DNA of 64,000 bases from Vicugna vicugna (taxonomy: Eukaryota), in contig MU058844.1 of NCBI GenBank assembly GCA_013265495.1, forward strand, positions 10,686,184 through 10,750,183. The letters run 5' to 3'. This document shows, piece after piece, positions 61,301-64,000 of this stretch; within the stretch, counting starts at the first letter, position 1; every line of letters begins with the position of its first letter. The position numbers and the translations under genes were made by a program. The notes beneath the pieces are model-generated. The model saw only the letters and a program-made list of their open reading frames with translations. It did no database searches and had not been told where the DNA came from.

Positions 61301-64000
61301 TGAAAACAACACCAGGGAGTTTGAATGGGCAGAACTGACAACGTGAGGAATTGTATTTCTTCTCATGCCATTTGTAAGTATTTTATACTTGATGTATAAA
61401 ATCCAGGGGATACTAGAAAATTACAGGAGGTGTGTGTATCTGGGGATCCTTGAGCCTCAAGAAAATCCTGTAGTTTTAAGGAAATGATTGCAAGGAGCTT
61501 GTTGAACAAAGAAACAAGGTATGTAAAATGCTATAATTGCAAAATGAACTCTTTGAGGGCTGAAATGTTAGAAAATAAAACTTTAATTCTTGACATGTTG
61601 TGGGGTTGCACCTAAATTTTTGTCTGCCAAGAATTTCAGATTTTTAAGAACACACCTCAAATTTTCTAATAGAAATTAATGGAAATGTAGGATGTACTTT
61701 GTAGAAAAAACATGTATAGGTTACTTTGCTATAAAATATCTATTAAATGATAAATTGCTTGGTTAGGCGGAACCAGTATGTAATTACAGGTATTTTCAAA
61801 CCCATTTCTTCATATACTACTTTCCTACATTTTTAGTTCACACTGCTGAAAGACAGCTGGTACTATGATGATTTATAGTAAATCATATTTATAGCCAATT
61901 GATTGGCTATAAATCATCACAGAATTTTTTGAGTGGGTTATTTATATTTTTACATACATGGTCTTTTATCTCCAATATTGGTGACAGCTGCTTTAAGAAT
62001 CAGATCACTCCTTCCGTAGTGCAAACCTGCACAACGAGATGTAGCCTGTCTACTTGCTGTCTGGGTATTTGGAAGAAATCTAACACAGAAGGGATATTGG
62101 AAAGTTGGGGTGGTTATTCTGTGAAATAGCACATGAGAATCACTCCAGCGTGCCTCTGACCTCAGAATCCCCTGAGGTAGGTGGGGACTTTACCATACTC
62201 AACAGAGTGCCAAGAAAAATGGTCTGGATAAATTGAAATGCAAGTGGATAGGTGAAGTGTAAATGAAGTGGCATCTAATTTCATTTTAATAGTCCCTCAG
62301 AACCTAGTTATTTGTCATTCAGATGGGTGACTCTTTCTAAGCACTGGTGATTGACTTCTTGGTAGCACAGGTAATTGGCAAATCACTGACTCTAGAAAGG
62401 GTGTCTGAAGTCCGCTCCAGCCACCCACCCACAGACATGTCCCTCTGCTTGCTCTGGGCCGATAAGTCAGAAGGTTTTCTAAAAATGAACTATAACACTC
62501 TTGAGGATCAGTAACTAGAGTCCAGAATGCCAGCTCACAGTGGACAGGACCTGGCCCTCCATAGCTCTGTTTTGCTGGGTGACATTTTTGTTTGCTAGTG
62601 AAGATGTTCTTGCTGTAAGAACAGAGCTCATGCAATTTATGAGACTAAAGAAGACACATTCTGAAATGGGAGACTTTTCAGAGAAAATATTTAACCTTTA
62701 CTAAAGAGAAGTATTTAGTTTATAATGTCTTAGTAGTTTCACAATAAATCTGAAATAGCTGTGCATGTTAAGAAAGATGATATTTGGAACCCTTGGGGTG
62801 CAAATGACATCTCTCCTCCTATACTTCTATGCATGCAGAGTATAATTATTTTACTAGGAAAAAAAAAGCTGAAACATCGATTTTTAAACTCTTATTATCT
62901 ATTTTGGCCAATTTAAACCTCCTGAATTTTGGATATCATCTCTTAGATACAGGGTTTAGGGTGTCATTGGGTTGTGTCTGTTGAGCTAGAAGACACATTC
63001 AAGACAAACATCTCAAGGATGACATCAATGGCAAAAATCCTTGTAACCTCCAATTAATCTCCTCACTATAATCTCTCTAAATGGTGGGCTGACTTGCACA
63101 TGGCATCACCAGTTTCTGGCTGTGTGACCAAATTTAAATCTAAGATTCTCATGCCAGATACTGGCTCAACCTATTTATGTAACACATTACTCCATTCAGC
63201 CCTGGAAAGGTTAAATGAGTTATCTAATGTTATGTAAGTAGGAAAAGTATAAATTTCATCTGGAGTTCTACTGTTAAGGGACTGAGTTTATACCCAGCCA
63301 TCCAGTTAAACAGGTAAAATGATGACATGATAATCTAAAACATTTAGGCTGCATCTAAAAGGAAGGGAAAGCAAGTGAATTCTGAACTCACAACCAAGAC
63401 CCCTGAGTTTCCTGCCATGTGAACTGTAATACTAATAATGAATGACAGGATTAACGTCCCCTTCTGTTCACGAATTAAATAATAATTTATTGGCTGTTTT
63501 CTAGCAACATAACCACGGTAGGGGAAAAAGAGTGATCCATGCAGGCAAACTTGCAGGATGTTCCTCACTCCGGGAGGTTTGTTGCTTCTGATACTTTAGG
63601 AAGAGGGCTAGAAAAATTGTGGCTGGAGGTGCCTGGTTCAGCCCTGCTGTGCGCTGCCGAGCGCACAGACGCGCTGGAAAAAAACTGTGATTTGCGGATT
63701 GTGCTTATGCTTCTTTTCAGGAGGTTTTAAAAATGAAGTTGTTTACTGTAATTATGCCCAGCAGGCACAAAACTTACCTTAGTGCTTGCGTGAAAACTTG
63801 AGCAAGCATTGATTGACCCTTGAGAACAACCCAGAAAACAAACAGGAAGCACAGATCTCAGCTAAACATGCTATGTTCACCCATGGAACAAAAAAGATCA
63901 GAGAAATAAACTTGAAGGCGATCTGTGTGATCAGAGGGAGGTGAGGGGAAGACTGGCTTATGTTTCTCTTCAAAGAGAGAGCCCAAGCCACGTGGGCCCT

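Larger units (their letters stand above)
35990..64000 (-). other. SYT1: SYT1 5'UTR intron upstream of the first coding exon (partial)
   Basis: A splice acceptor precedes the ATG exon and there is no CpG-island promoter in the window. Mammalian SYT1 has distant non-coding 5' exons. Confidence 0.75.

Noticed and set aside
1..64000. Recursive splice sites (YAG|GTAAG), NUMTs, processed pseudogenes, snRNA copies or a multi-gene novel system
   Set aside because: None recognised by eye. The minus-strand GTAAGT donors lack an upstream pyrimidine tract with YAG. A BLAST/Infernal search would be needed to exclude short diverged copies.

Overview
Eukaryotic (placental mammal) genomic DNA, AT-rich and repeat-rich, lying inside the large SYT1 (synaptotagmin-1) gene, which is transcribed on the minus strand. 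The only coding sequence I can support is the first coding exon of SYT1 (ATG at 35970, phase-1 donor after 35805, 166 coding nt for the lumenal N-terminus). The rest is intron with old L2, MIR, L1M, MaLR/ERVL LTR and DNA-transposon relics. Four young tRNA-derived SINEs resembling the camelid Vic-1 family point to a camel/alpaca/llama genome. I found no multi-gene novel system, CRISPR array or RNA gene, and the other ORFs in the track look like chance. The most unusual items are: a perfectly regular (A23-CCCT)x9 array (either tandem decoy 3' splice sites on the SYT1 sense strand or an assembly artefact), an Ala39->Thr change in the botulinum-neurotoxin-binding segment of SYT1, a candidate extra 5'UTR exon near 63.8 kb, a probable twin-primed 5'-inverted L1, and several homeobox-motif-dense candidate enhancers. 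Repeat subfamily names come from remembered consensus sequences, and repeat boundaries are approximate.
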